Below are positions 28,520 through 37,594 of a stretch of DNA of 54,458 bases, piece after piece. A program made the translations under genes and the position numbers. The notes beneath the pieces are model-generated. The model made no database searches and was not told the DNA's origin. It was given only the letters and a program-made list of their open reading frames with translations. Location: IMG/VR virus record IMGVR_UViG_3300045256_000069, positions 1-54,458 of that record; one strand, written 5' to 3'. Positions within the stretch are counted from its first letter, which is position 1; every line of letters begins with the position of its first letter. Source of the DNA: a virus. Its lineage: Duplodnaviria > Caudoviricetes.

Positions 28520-28714
28520 ATGGACGATTACATCACGGCAAAAGAAGCTGCCGCAGAACTGGGCCTGAAGTATCACACCTTCATGAGCCGGTGCCGCCGC
28601 GGGAGGATACCTTTCCTCCGCAAGGGGTGGGCCGTGTTCATCAAGAAAGAGGACGTGCAGCGGGTTCGGGAAAATGGGCATCGTGACAGCAACCTGGCGC
28701 AAGCAGCCGGGTGA
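28520..28714 (+). CDS. Small excisionase/MerR-like HTH protein
   Basis: YITAKEAAAELG....T....RRGRIP motif. Confidence 0.75.
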   Translation: MDDYITAKEAAAELGLKYHTFMSRCRRGRIPFLRKGWAVFIKKEDVQRVRENGHRDSNLAQAAG

Positions 28715-30608
28715 TTTTTTCTGCATATCAACGAAGACTCGGGGAGGCGACTGGCAGGATCACTTCTTTAGCCGTGACCAATTCAGCCAAGTTAATCGGT
28801 TCATCGAAGAGAACGCGGACAAGAACCTTTACTGGTGTCCGCATGGCTTTTCGAAGAAGCGACGGCTGAAGAAGTACGCGGTCAAACCGAAGCTCCTGTG
28901 GGCAGACCTCGATCACGTTGATCCGCGCAAGTTAAACGGCACACAGCCGACGCTGGCGTGGGAGTCGTCACCAAATCGGTTTGCCGGCATCTGGCATATC
29001 GACCAGGAGATGACAGAGGAGCTCAACCAGTCGCTCACTATGTCGATTGGTGCCGACCGTGGTGGCTGGGACTTGACGCAGGTCTTGCGCATCCCCGGCA
29101 CGACGAACTACAAATATGGCAAGGGCGTACCCGGCAGGAAGCTGTGGTGGAAAGCCGACGAGATCGTTCCGGTCAAGGAGCTGCGCAAGCATCTCAAGCT
29201 GTCGATCAACACGACCGACGGTGAAGGCGGCTTCGTCAGTGATCGTGGGCTCGCACGCAAGATCTACGAGAAGTACGCCAAGCGCATGAAGCCCGACGTG
29301 CGCAAGATGATCCTCGCAGAACGCGCCGTCGGTGATCGCAGTAAGGTCCTGTGGCATCTCGGCCAGTCGCTCATCAACATCGGACTCACGCGCGATGAGT
29401 GGTTGACGCTCGTTAGCTCGACAGTGTGGAACAAGTTCGAGAAACATCCTCGCCAGCTAGAGAGGGAGTACGACAAGATACTCGGGCAGCGTCTACCGGG
29501 CGCGCGTGCAATCGATCTGTCGGACGATGAGGAAGCCGGCGAGGCACCACTGTTCGACTTCGAGGGTGGGCTCAAGCGGCTGAGCGACGAAGAAGAGCGA
29601 GACGTCAACTGGCTGATACCGGGATGGATCGCTAGATCGGAGATCACGATTGTCGAGGGCGATCCGGGCGTAGGCAAGTCGTGGTTCACTCAGTACATCG
29701 GTGCACTGGCGATCAAGGGCAAACGACTCAAGACACACCATCAATACATGAAGCGTGCGATGCACGGGACGAGCGTCTTGTATATCGACATGGAGAACGC
29801 GGTCAACGTCATCACTAAGCCTCGCATGACTGACCTCGGCCTGTCGAAGGAAGAGCAGCATCGCTTCATCGTGTTTGACAAACCGTTCTCGCTCACCGAT
29901 CCTGATGCAGTTGAGGCAGTGCGCAAATACCTCGAGAAGGTCAAGGGAACGCCTGACGAGATCGGACTGATCGTATTCGACACGATCAACGTCTATCTAG
30001 GCGACACTGACTCTCACAAGGCTGCTGAGGTCGCTCAAAGCATGTCGCACCTGACGCAGATGTGTCGCGACTTCGAGCTCGCTATCGTTGTCATCAGGCA
30101 TCTCACGAAAGGCTCACAGGGAGGCAGCGCGCTGTATCGAGGACAAGGCTCGATGGCGTTCGCCGGCAATGCACGCATGGTCGTCCGGATCGCGAAGCAT
30201 CCGATGCGTGACGATGGCACGCTCGTCGCCAAGGTCATCAAGACCAACATCTCTAAGTTCGAGCCTGCCCTGTGCTGGCGACTCGAGGAAGGCGAGAGAA
30301 AACCCGGTCGCGATCATACGCCGACGTGGGTGGTCATCGAGGACTTTGACCTCGACGTGAAGGACGACGACCTCGGCAAGGTCGAGGACAAGAAGAAGGA
30401 CAAGGAGAAGGGCGATCCGCTTACTGACGCCAAGATATGGCTGCAGTCGAAGCTCGACAACGAGGGCGCGTGTTTCGTGTTAGCCCTGCATGACGAGATG
30501 AAGAAGCGGAACAAGCCGTTCAATGAGAAGGTGCTCGACAAGGCGGCACGCGAGCTCAACGTGCATCGCAAGAAGGTCGGCAACTCGTGGAAGTGGTCAC
30601 TAAAATAA
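28674..30608 (+). CDS. Primase-helicase fusion (RepB-like primase + AAA_25)
   Basis: LWADLD, ESSP, LRIPGT.N.KY, GDPGVGKS, VFDT and RH..K motifs. Confidence 0.88.
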   Translation: MGIVTATWRKQPGDFFCISTKTRGGDWQDHFFSRDQFSQVNRFIEENADKNLYWCPHGFSKKRRLKKYAVKPKLLWADLDHVDPRKLNGTQPTLAWESSPNRFAGIWHIDQEMTEELNQSLTMSIGADRGGWDLTQVLRIPGTTNYKYGKGVPGRKLWWKADEIVPVKELRKHLKLSINTTDGEGGFVSDRGLARKIYEKYAKRMKPDVRKMILAERAVGDRSKVLWHLGQSLINIGLTRDEWLTLVSSTVWNKFEKHPRQLEREYDKILGQRLPGARAIDLSDDEEAGEAPLFDFEGGLKRLSDEEERDVNWLIPGWIARSEITIVEGDPGVGKSWFTQYIGALAIKGKRLKTHHQYMKRAMHGTSVLYIDMENAVNVITKPRMTDLGLSKEEQHRFIVFDKPFSLTDPDAVEAVRKYLEKVKGTPDEIGLIVFDTINVYLGDTDSHKAAEVAQSMSHLTQMCRDFELAIVVIRHLTKGSQGGSALYRGQGSMAFAGNARMVVRIAKHPMRDDGTLVAKVIKTNISKFEPALCWRLEEGERKPGRDHTPTWVVIEDFDLDVKDDDLGKVEDKKKDKEKGDPLTDAKIWLQSKLDNEGACFVLALHDEMKKRNKPFNEKVLDKAARELNVHRKKVGNSWKWSLK

Positions 30609-30628
30609 GAGGGGCATTCGCGCCCCTC
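30609..30628. terminator. Hairpin between convergent genes
   Basis: GAGGGGC-ATTCGC-GCCCCTC. Confidence 0.5.
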
Positions 30629-30655
30629 CCAAGTCACACAGGAAGCGTGTAGTGC

Positions 30656-31603
30656 TCAGGCTGCCATGTCGAGCAGTGTGCTGAGCACCTTGTCCTTCAT
30701 CTGCGCAGTCTTGCCGACCCAGGCGCGCTCGAGGCGCTTGTCGGGCGTGCGCGATGCCAGGTGATCAGCCCAGTAGGTGACGGCGTTGAACACGCCCCAG
30801 GCGTTGCCCGGGACGGCGCCAGGCGCGCGCTCGTACACGTCGAGCAGCAACTTCATGCGCGGTGCGAACACGCCGGCTTCGGTGCGGTGCGTCACGAGCT
30901 GCTCGACATCATCGCCCTTCTGGAAAACCGGTGCGAGGATGCGCACCACGTCGTCCATGTTGACCTTGATCTTCGACAGCTTCTTGGCGTTCTTCTCGAA
31001 GCCCATGTGCACTTCCTCGGTCACGCCGAACACGTCCTTGGCGCGGTCGATGATCGAGTCGTCAAACTCCTTCCTGTGGTGGATGCGCATCTCGGTCGAC
31101 ACTTCGCGCAGCGCCATAGTCATGGTGTTCATGCACACGACGCGGACGTTGGTCGCCTTGAAGATCGCCGACTTGCCCTGCTCGTGCGGCGACGCCAGCA
31201 GCAGGTAGTTGCGCAGCTTGTCGCCCTTCGTGACCTCGATGTCACGCTTCAGGCGCGCCAGGCCCCAGATCAGCTTGCCGCCCTTGAGCGAGCCGGCCGT
31301 TTCCATCGTGGCGCCGCCCGCTTTCGCGAACGCGTCGAACAGCTTGAACGTATCGCGGTTCTGGTGGGGATGGTAGTCCTTGCCGACCACGTCGAGCACC
31401 TTGCCGTCGCTGTCGCGGACAAGAGCGTAGTGGCCGTAGACGTCCTTGCCGTCGGCCAGAAACATCTTCTCCTTGTTGACGCGCCAATCGATGCCGGCGG
31501 TCTTGAGCGCGGCGGTGGGCGTCGGGGCGTCAGCGACGTATTCGCCGAGGCCGTGCCACGGAACCTCGTTGGTATACATCATGGTCTCGACAGCTGCGGG
31601 CAT
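30656..31603 (-). CDS. DUF932 (TIGR03299-like) protein
   Basis: VETM.Y....PWHGLG, ETAGSL.GG, RVVC.NT and WG..NAVT...DH motifs; RBS AGGAG. Confidence 0.88.
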   Translation of the reverse strand: MPAAVETMMYTNEVPWHGLGEYVADAPTPTAALKTAGIDWRVNKEKMFLADGKDVYGHYALVRDSDGKVLDVVGKDYHPHQNRDTFKLFDAFAKAGGATMETAGSLKGGKLIWGLARLKRDIEVTKGDKLRNYLLLASPHEQGKSAIFKATNVRVVCMNTMTMALREVSTEMRIHHRKEFDDSIIDRAKDVFGVTEEVHMGFEKNAKKLSKIKVNMDDVVRILAPVFQKGDDVEQLVTHRTEAGVFAPRMKLLLDVYERAPGAVPGNAWGVFNAVTYWADHLASRTPDKRLERAWVGKTAQMKDKVLSTLLDMAA

Positions 31604-31642
31604 TGTAGTCTCCTGTGTTGAGCTCGTCATCGAGCATGACGT

Positions 31643-31704
31643 AATCTAACACAGTGATGAGCGCACTCAACGCCATCAGAGAGTTTTGGTTAACAAAGCG
31701 TTAA
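31643..31704 (-). promoter_or_regulatory. Class I CtrA-box promoter
   Basis: TTAA-N7-TTAA (31690-31704), 19 bp, TTGAGT, 16 bp, TAGATT. Confidence 0.75.
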
Positions 31705-31781
31705 GTGGCTGCATTTGCGATTAATTGCATACAGTGTTAGTATTGCGCCCGGGAATACACCACAAACCCAGGGGGTACATC

Positions 31782-32099
31782 ATGACTGACCGCGCACACG
31801 TTGTTTTTGCCAAGATCAAGGGACGCTCGCGAGACACGGGCGCAGGAATGCCGGTGTACGGCGGAGACATCCAGTACTCCGAGACGCTGACTGTGAGTGC
31901 ATCGCCGCAGACCACTTCTATCTCCGCGCCGGACCAGACGTTCGACGTGTTCGCCGACATCACGACGGAGACGAGCTGCTGGGTTGCCACAGGTGCCACG
32001 CCTGCACCGGGAAGCAATCCCCGCTGGCTGCTGCTTGCCAACCAGAGCCTGACGCTTCGGCTGAAGTCCGGCGACAAGGTAGCTGTGGTGGCAGCATGA
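31782..32099 (+). CDS. Small beta-rich protein, candidate head-spike/fibre base
   Basis: 105 aa; C-terminal GDKVAVVAA; ATGA-coupled to the fibre-like gene. Confidence 0.55.
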   Translation: MTDRAHVVFAKIKGRSRDTGAGMPVYGGDIQYSETLTVSASPQTTSISAPDQTFDVFADITTETSCWVATGATPAPGSNPRWLLLANQSLTLRLKSGDKVAVVAA

Positions 32100-33433
32100 G
32101 GAACAGTCGGAACGTAAGACACTCACGACGCACCGGAACCGGTGGTAGCTCTTCAGGAGGTGACGACTTGCCCTCATACTATTCCGTCAACAGCCCCTCG
32201 GGTTCCGAAGGCGGCAACATGGTCTTCACGATCTCGCGCACTCAGGCGGGCATCGCGGAGCGCGTGAACTTCACGCTCACAGGTACAGCAACCAGCGGAG
32301 TCGATTACACACCGCCGGCCAATCTCTACGTCGACTTCCTCGCCGCAGACACGAGCAAGCAGGTCACGATCCCAGTCGCGACGGACTTGGTCAACGATGC
32401 GGCCGAGACCATCATCATGACGCTGACCAGCATCGTGAACACCTCGCGTCTCACTACTCCCGTGGGTACGGGGACGATCACCGACCTGACTGCAGCTCCT
32501 GTGTATACCGTCGCAGTGTCCGGCAGCCCGACAGCTGAAGCTGGCTCGGCGATGACGTTCACGATCACTCGCACAACGACTGGCCTGGCGCAGACGGCGA
32601 ACTTCACGCTGACGGGTACAGCGACCGAAGGAGTCGACTACACGACCTCCGCCTCGACCTCGGTGAGCTTCGCGGCCGGGGACACGTCGAAGACCGTGAC
32701 TATCACACCGCTGTCGGATACCAACTACGCTGAGAGCGACGAGACCGTTATCCTCACGCTGACCTCGATCACCGGCTCGGGCACTGGTAGTGTCGGATCG
32801 CCGGGCTCGGCTACGGGCACGATCACCAACGTGGTCACCTACGCCTACTGGGACAACGCGAACAAGGGCACGGGCAGCTTTGCTCCCGTCCTCGCCAACG
32901 TCAACAGCGTGCTGCGTTCTGTGAAGCCGAGCGCCGGTGGTCAGCGCGGCACAGTGCGCGGCAACGCGGGCAAGTCCAGCGGCAAGTGGTATTTCGAGCT
33001 GAAGCTTGTCTCGGGTACCGACGGCAACTTCGGCATGTCGCTCAACTCGGTCAGCCTCAACCAAGATATGTCGGGTGTCAACAACACCTTCCAGATCGTG
33101 ATCTTCAATGGCAACGTCTATGTCAATGGGTCATTGACGAGCGGCGTGACACCGAGGCAGCCCGGCGTCTACTTCTTCGCTCTCGACAGGGACGCGGGCA
33201 AGGTGTACGTCGGAACATGCACGACGGCAGGTGCGAGCGTCGCCTGGGCGAACAGCGCTAACCCCGATGCCGGAACGGGCGGGATCACATGGAACCCGTC
33301 CGGTGCAGTGTTCTTCGATGCAAGTCCGTACTGGTCGGGCTCGCAGACCGAAGTGCAAGTCAACTGCGGTCAGGATGCGTTCATCGGACCCAAGAACTCG
33401 GTCTGCACAACGTTCAATCCCTGGACCATCTGA
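32096..33433 (+). CDS. Calx-beta (x2) + SPRY/B30.2 domain protein, candidate fibre/adhesin
   Basis: Two FTI.R...NFTLTGTAT.GVDYT...F.A.DTSK.VTI...D....ET.I.TL repeats; SSGKWYFE and ALD.DAGK.Y SPRY-like motifs. Confidence 0.8.
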   Translation: MRNSRNVRHSRRTGTGGSSSGGDDLPSYYSVNSPSGSEGGNMVFTISRTQAGIAERVNFTLTGTATSGVDYTPPANLYVDFLAADTSKQVTIPVATDLVNDAAETIIMTLTSIVNTSRLTTPVGTGTITDLTAAPVYTVAVSGSPTAEAGSAMTFTITRTTTGLAQTANFTLTGTATEGVDYTTSASTSVSFAAGDTSKTVTITPLSDTNYAESDETVILTLTSITGSGTGSVGSPGSATGTITNVVTYAYWDNANKGTGSFAPVLANVNSVLRSVKPSAGGQRGTVRGNAGKSSGKWYFELKLVSGTDGNFGMSLNSVSLNQDMSGVNNTFQIVIFNGNVYVNGSLTSGVTPRQPGVYFFALDRDAGKVYVGTCTTAGASVAWANSANPDAGTGGITWNPSGAVFFDASPYWSGSQTEVQVNCGQDAFIGPKNSVCTTFNPWTI

Positions 33434-33936
33434 CGATACCAGGTGGGTGGGCCTCGACGCGTCCAACGCGCGTTCATCCCATCCACCTTCCACTTCGCCG
33501 CCATATACTGTCTATAGGCCGAGTGGACATCGTTGACGTGAGTGAAGTCGAGACCTCGCGCTAAGCTACGCGCACAGTTCACGAACTCCGTACGCTCGAC
33601 CGGGATACGCTTTCCCCTGATCAGCTCGGGCATTCGATCAGCGGCGCACAGGATGATTGTCGAGCTGGCGTGCTCACGATCATATCGCCGGCTGTATTCC
33701 TTCAGCAGCCACTCAGCGTGCAGGATCAACCACGACAGGTTGTCGGATGATGCACGCGCCCAGACAGCGCACGGGTGGTTGACGTGCGTCGGTCGATAGC
33801 CAAGATGCACGCCCATGACCTGTGACCAAGTCGTGCTGATCAGCTGTGCAGTCTCGAGCACCATCTTGACGAGGCGTCGATCATCGAGCGCTTCCGCGCA
33901 CAACTTCGCCGAGGGATGGGTTGCGAAGATGTTCAT
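33370..33936 (-). CDS. Pyrimidine-dimer DNA glycosylase family protein
   Basis: MNIF, VKM.LE.AQL, Y.PTH.NHPC..W and EY..RY...H motifs. Confidence 0.82.
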   Translation of the reverse strand: MNIFATHPSAKLCAEALDDRRLVKMVLETAQLISTTWSQVMGVHLGYRPTHVNHPCAVWARASSDNLSWLILHAEWLLKEYSRRYDREHASSTIILCAADRMPELIRGKRIPVERTEFVNCARSLARGLDFTHVNDVHSAYRQYMAAKWKVDGMNARWTRRGPPTWYRQMVQGLNVVQTEFLGPMNAS

Positions 33937-34460
33937 TGGAACCCCTTGAAGAACGGCCACTTCGCTTCGCGCGTCTGCTTGATGTGATCGGCGATGCTGC
34001 CCCACAATTTGGCTGCGTGCGTGTTGCCGGTCTTGAGCAGTCGACGGCCTGTGCTGCGCGTCCACTCCTCCATCTTCACGTTCTCCATGATCGCGCCCGT
34101 ATCATCGTTCCAGAGCGACGGCATGACGCGATCAGCCACGCCGTCGTAGTTGATGTGAGTGATGTAGGAGCGACGGATCAGACCGCTGCGCAACCAGACC
34201 ATGTAGATCGTCATGCCGCCGATCACGATGCCGTCGGGGTGCTTGTGCGCGATGTCGCGCGGGTCCTCGTGTCGCCGCTGAATGTAGAGCGTGCGATCCG
34301 GAAGCGGAGGCAGCTTCGCGGCGGTCACAGGACCGACGATGAGCGTGCGTCCCTTCGTCATGCCTTGGAACCAACGAAGGTCCTCAGCGTCGTTCCAGGG
34401 CAGCTTGCCATCGAGGCCGAGTTGTCCGTGTTTACCCACTGCTGCTATCAAGTCGACCAC
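33933..34460 (-). CDS. Dihydrofolate reductase
   Basis: LIAAV......G..GKLPW....DL.WF...T, LP.LP.R, VIGG..IY and Y.THI....AD motifs; GTG start with RBS AGGAG. Confidence 0.85.
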   Translation of the reverse strand: MVDLIAAVGKHGQLGLDGKLPWNDAEDLRWFQGMTKGRTLIVGPVTAAKLPPLPDRTLYIQRRHEDPRDIAHKHPDGIVIGGMTIYMVWLRSGLIRRSYITHINYDGVADRVMPSLWNDDTGAIMENVKMEEWTRSTGRRLLKTGNTHAAKLWGSIADHIKQTREAKWPFFKGFQ

Positions 34461-34668
34461 GTCGTCTCTCCTGTTGTTGCTCGTAGAACTTAAGCTTGTC
34501 GAGTCGTGCGCGCAACGCGTTGTTCTCTTCAATTGTCAGCGCGCGTGACCTGATCGCTTCGCTGTAGTTATGCACGAGCGAGCTGAGCAGGTTCACAGGT
34601 ACGCTTATGCTCCGTCGTCCCCGATGTCGTGCAATGGCGTTCTTGAGGAATTGAATTTCTTGTTCCAT
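34432..34668 (-). CDS. Hypothetical protein
   Basis: 78 aa; coiled-coil-like; tiles the operon. Confidence 0.5.
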   Translation of the reverse strand: MEQEIQFLKNAIARHRGRRSISVPVNLLSSLVHNYSEAIRSRALTIEENNALRARLDKLKFYEQQQERRRGRLDSSSG

Positions 34669-34922
34669 ACGTCGGCACCCTGGATCGCGAGATCACGAAC
34701 ACGGCGGAACTTCTCGTAGTGGGGGTGGGATGTATCGAGCAGGCGCAGCTCCTCGTAGATTTCCTCGAGCAGATGTTCCATGACCTCGACACGAAAGACC
34801 AAGGCCATAGCGCACTTCTGCGGGAGAGTGGTTGCGGGAAGACACTCGCGACGGGTGAACGAGCACAGGGCGTCGAGGTTCATGCGACGGATCGACTCCT
34901 CAGCTTTCGGCAAATCGACCAT
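34605..34922 (-). CDS. Hypothetical protein
   Basis: Start MVDLPK with RBS GGGAG. Confidence 0.5.
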   Translation of the reverse strand: MVDLPKAEESIRRMNLDALCSFTRRECLPATTLPQKCAMALVFRVEVMEHLLEEIYEELRLLDTSHPHYEKFRRVRDLAIQGADVWNKKFNSSRTPLHDIGDDGA

Positions 34923-35316
34923 CTTGAAACTCCCTACGTTCGCGCACGTAGACGTTACCGTTCGCGTCACGATACACCACAACCTCGTCGCCGTCACCCA
35001 TGACGACGCCGTTCGCCGGGAAGCCGCTGAAGCCGATGCGACTGACCTGCAGCTTAGCCACAGCGATGGCTTCGTAGTACGTACCCCTCTTGACGTGCTT
35101 GTGCGTCGGCGTGAAAGCGACACGCTCGAGTGCTCCTGTGAAGGTCACCGCTCGTTTCTCCCGGCGGATGCGCATCTCGATCTCGCACGACTTTTTGAAC
35201 TCGTCCGCAGCGCTTAGCGCAGCTCCCCAGCCGGTCGCGTTCTTGATGTAGTCTTCCCACTTCTTGTGCTCGGCGGACAACTCCTCGTCCGTGAGGTCTT
35301 TAATCTGTTTTCCCAT
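34900..35316 (-). CDS. Hypothetical protein with DUF1653-like C-terminus
   Basis: H.K.G..Y...VVVYR......VR...EF..GRF; RBS GGAGG. Confidence 0.65.
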   Translation of the reverse strand: MGKQIKDLTDEELSAEHKKWEDYIKNATGWGAALSAADEFKKSCEIEMRIRREKRAVTFTGALERVAFTPTHKHVKRGTYYEAIAVAKLQVSRIGFSGFPANGVVMGDGDEVVVYRDANGNVYVRERREFQDGRFAES

Positions 35317-35560
35317 CTTCAACCTCCGTTGCGCCTGATGCTCTGTAGAACTGATCGCGCGCCTGCGCGTCAGCAAACGTGTAGACGCGACCTGCGCGCG
35401 TGTTGTAGGAGCCCCAGTTCGTTGCGAGCGCACAGCGCTGAGCGAGCACGCGCTTCAGCGTCCTGTCGGGCACGAAACAACGATAGGGATTGCGAAGGAG
35501 CGCCTTCGCGATCCTCCGCATCTCCAACGTGTTCGGCGATGGTGACTTGTCTGTGATCAA
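35300..35560 (-). CDS. Hypothetical protein
   Basis: 86 aa; overlaps both neighbours. Confidence 0.5.
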   Translation of the reverse strand: MITDKSPSPNTLEMRRIAKALLRNPYRCFVPDRTLKRVLAQRCALATNWGSYNTRAGRVYTFADAQARDQFYRASGATEVEDGKTD

Positions 35561-35694
35561 TCGAGCCCCCTCAGCTTGCGGATCGTTTTAATCCAGCGAA
35601 TTGCCCACGCGTCACCGCGCTTGGCATCAAGAATGATCTCGAGAGCTTTCGCCCCCGAATGACCATGACCTGTCAGCACCTGATAGTCGCTCAT
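35557..35694 (-). CDS. Hypothetical protein (45 aa)
   Basis: RBS AGGAGG; TGATG coupling. Confidence 0.5.
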   Translation of the reverse strand: MSDYQVLTGHGHSGAKALEIILDAKRGDAWAIRWIKTIRKLRGLD

Positions 35695-36401
35695 CACTTG
35701 ACCTCCTGTCTCAGCTTCACCTGGTTGCCGGCGGCGTTGCCCGCCCATGAACCCGATCCCGACTTGATCGACACCTGGCGATTGGACTTGCGCACACCCG
35801 CTTCGGCGAAGAATTGCTCGACCTCATCCTCGAGCTCCTTGCGGTGGCTGATGATTGCCAACGCGGTGCCCGTCTTGGGAGCCGGCAGCGCGAGCGCCTC
35901 GGACGCGGCAGCGTCGTTCGCCATCATGTCCTTGACCAGCGCCTCGACGCGAGCGAAGACACGCAGCGCGCACGCCTCCTTGAACGTGCGGCGAAACTCG
36001 GCGCGATCCGACTTGCTCAGCCCGCGCGGCAACGCCTGCTTGTAGAACGTCTCGATCTGACTGCACAGCCAGCCGTACGTCAGCTGCGCCGCATCGATGT
36101 TGTCCTCGCGGCCGACGAATGTCACCTTGTCGCTTTCGCGACCACCCGAGTAGCGGATGTACTTGCACCCGTACAGTCGGCCGGCGGCGTTCGCCATCCA
36201 CAGCATCCAACGCTTGTCGGCTTCGAACATTGCCGACTCACGCGCCTTCTTCTCGATCTTCTTGAACTCGGACTCGCTGATGCCGTGCTGCGTCATGAGA
36301 CGCATTGCCATCTGCATCGCAGTGGCGGCCTCGTGTTCGGTCGCGCCCTTGTCGTGGGCGACGGCGAGCAGCTTCTGGATTTTTTCCTTGATCGCAGACA
36401 T
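35694..36401 (-). CDS. DUF2786-domain protein
   Basis: KIQKLLA.A......EA..A...A..LM..HGI N-terminus; RBS AGGAGG. Confidence 0.8.
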   Translation of the reverse strand: MSAIKEKIQKLLAVAHDKGATEHEAATAMQMAMRLMTQHGISESEFKKIEKKARESAMFEADKRWMLWMANAAGRLYGCKYIRYSGGRESDKVTFVGREDNIDAAQLTYGWLCSQIETFYKQALPRGLSKSDRAEFRRTFKEACALRVFARVEALVKDMMANDAAASEALALPAPKTGTALAIISHRKELEDEVEQFFAEAGVRKSNRQVSIKSGSGSWAGNAAGNQVKLRQEVK

Positions 36402-36430
36402 CGTGTCCTCCTGTGTGTTTCGGTATAGAT

Positions 36431-36492
36431 ACTCTATCACAGCTACATGCTGCGTCAGGTACCGTACCCGGGCAGGGTTAACAAAGCGTTAA
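36431..36492 (-). promoter_or_regulatory. Class I CtrA-box promoter
   Basis: Box 36478-36492, 19 bp, CTGACG, 16 bp, TAGAGT. Confidence 0.75.
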
Positions 36493-36824
36493 GCCGGGCG
36501 CACCTTGTAACCCGTCATGTCCTCGTGTTCGATGGGCAGCCCGTTGTAGTTGGGCACCGTCGCCGCTGCGAGATCGTCGAGACGCGACCACGTCCACCGA
36601 ACCTTCTCGCCGCGCTTGACGTGCTGAAAGAACCCGTTGGGATTGACCAGCCCGAACGATGGGCCGTGCACTGTGACTGCCATCGACTTGCGCGACGGCG
36701 ACTGCTCAACGCGATTGACGTTCCACCCGCGGTCGAGCAGATAGCGCAGCGTGTTGTGCTGGAAGCCGCTCGTGTGATCGAGGGCAAAGAGGTTGAGCTG
36801 AGCCTGAGTCAGTCGGCGTGCCAT
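36489..36824 (-). CDS. Hypothetical early protein
   Basis: 111 aa; RBS AGGAG; has its own promoter. Confidence 0.7.
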   Translation of the reverse strand: MARRLTQAQLNLFALDHTSGFQHNTLRYLLDRGWNVNRVEQSPSRKSMAVTVHGPSFGLVNPNGFFQHVKRGEKVRWTWSRLDDLAAATVPNYNGLPIEHEDMTGYKVRPA

Positions 36825-36854
36825 CGGTGTTCTCCTGTGTTCATCCGATGTCGT

Positions 36855-36916
36855 ACTCTAACACAGGCAGCAGCTATGTCAGCCACCGCCTGTGCTCGTA
36901 GTTAACAGATCGTTAA
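36855..36916 (-). promoter_or_regulatory. Class I CtrA-box promoter
   Basis: Box 36902-36916, 19 bp, CTGACA, 16 bp, TAGAGT. Confidence 0.75.
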
Positions 36917-36919
36917 GGC

Positions 36920-37594
36920 TTAACGACCGCGGCCTCCGCCACCATGGCCGCCGCCCTGTCCGTTGTTCTGTCCTCCGTTGCCGGAGCCCGGACCGTTCCC
37001 GTTCGTGTTCCCGCCGCCGTTGCCGGAGTTCGGGTTGTTGCCGTTCCCATTGCCGGGACCGCTGCCGTTGTGCCCGTTGTTGCCGCCACCATTGCCCGTG
37101 CCGGGACCCGATCCGCCAGTGTTGCCACCGCCATTGCCCGGATTGCCGTGGTTGCCGTTGCCGTTGCCCGGTCCATCGCCACCACGCCCGGGCCCATCGC
37201 CGTGACCGTGACCATGGTCATCGCCTCGCCCCGGTCCGTCGCCCTTCGGACCTTCACCGTGTCCGCCACCGCCGTGATGACCGCCAGGGCCCCCGTGACC
37301 GCCAGGGCCGCCAGGATGGTCACCTCCACCGCCAGGCTTATCGGGCGTCGAAGGTCCGGCGGGACCCGGTGCAACTGGGTCAGGAGCAGGACTGCTAGTG
37401 TTGCCACCAGCGACGCCAACAGGATTGGATGCTGCACGATCTCCTCCTTCCCCGTACGAGCGGAACCCAGCCGCGAAGCAGCCGTTGCGCTCAAAGAACC
37501 CCATCGGCTCGCGACAGTTGCTCGCCGCCATCGATGCGTTGCACCCCGACAGGATCATCAAGGATGCCATTGTCGTGAAGATTACTCGAGTCAT
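36920..37594 (-). CDS. Gly/Asn/His-rich exported protein (possible lipoprotein)
   Basis: Signal-like N-terminus with LSGC; long GN/GPG/GH low-complexity tail; RBS GGGAG. Confidence 0.65.
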   Translation of the reverse strand: MTRVIFTTMASLMILSGCNASMAASNCREPMGFFERNGCFAAGFRSYGEGGDRAASNPVGVAGGNTSSPAPDPVAPGPAGPSTPDKPGGGGDHPGGPGGHGGPGGHHGGGGHGEGPKGDGPGRGDDHGHGHGDGPGRGGDGPGNGNGNHGNPGNGGGNTGGSGPGTGNGGGNNGHNGSGPGNGNGNNPNSGNGGGNTNGNGPGSGNGGQNNGQGGGHGGGGRGR

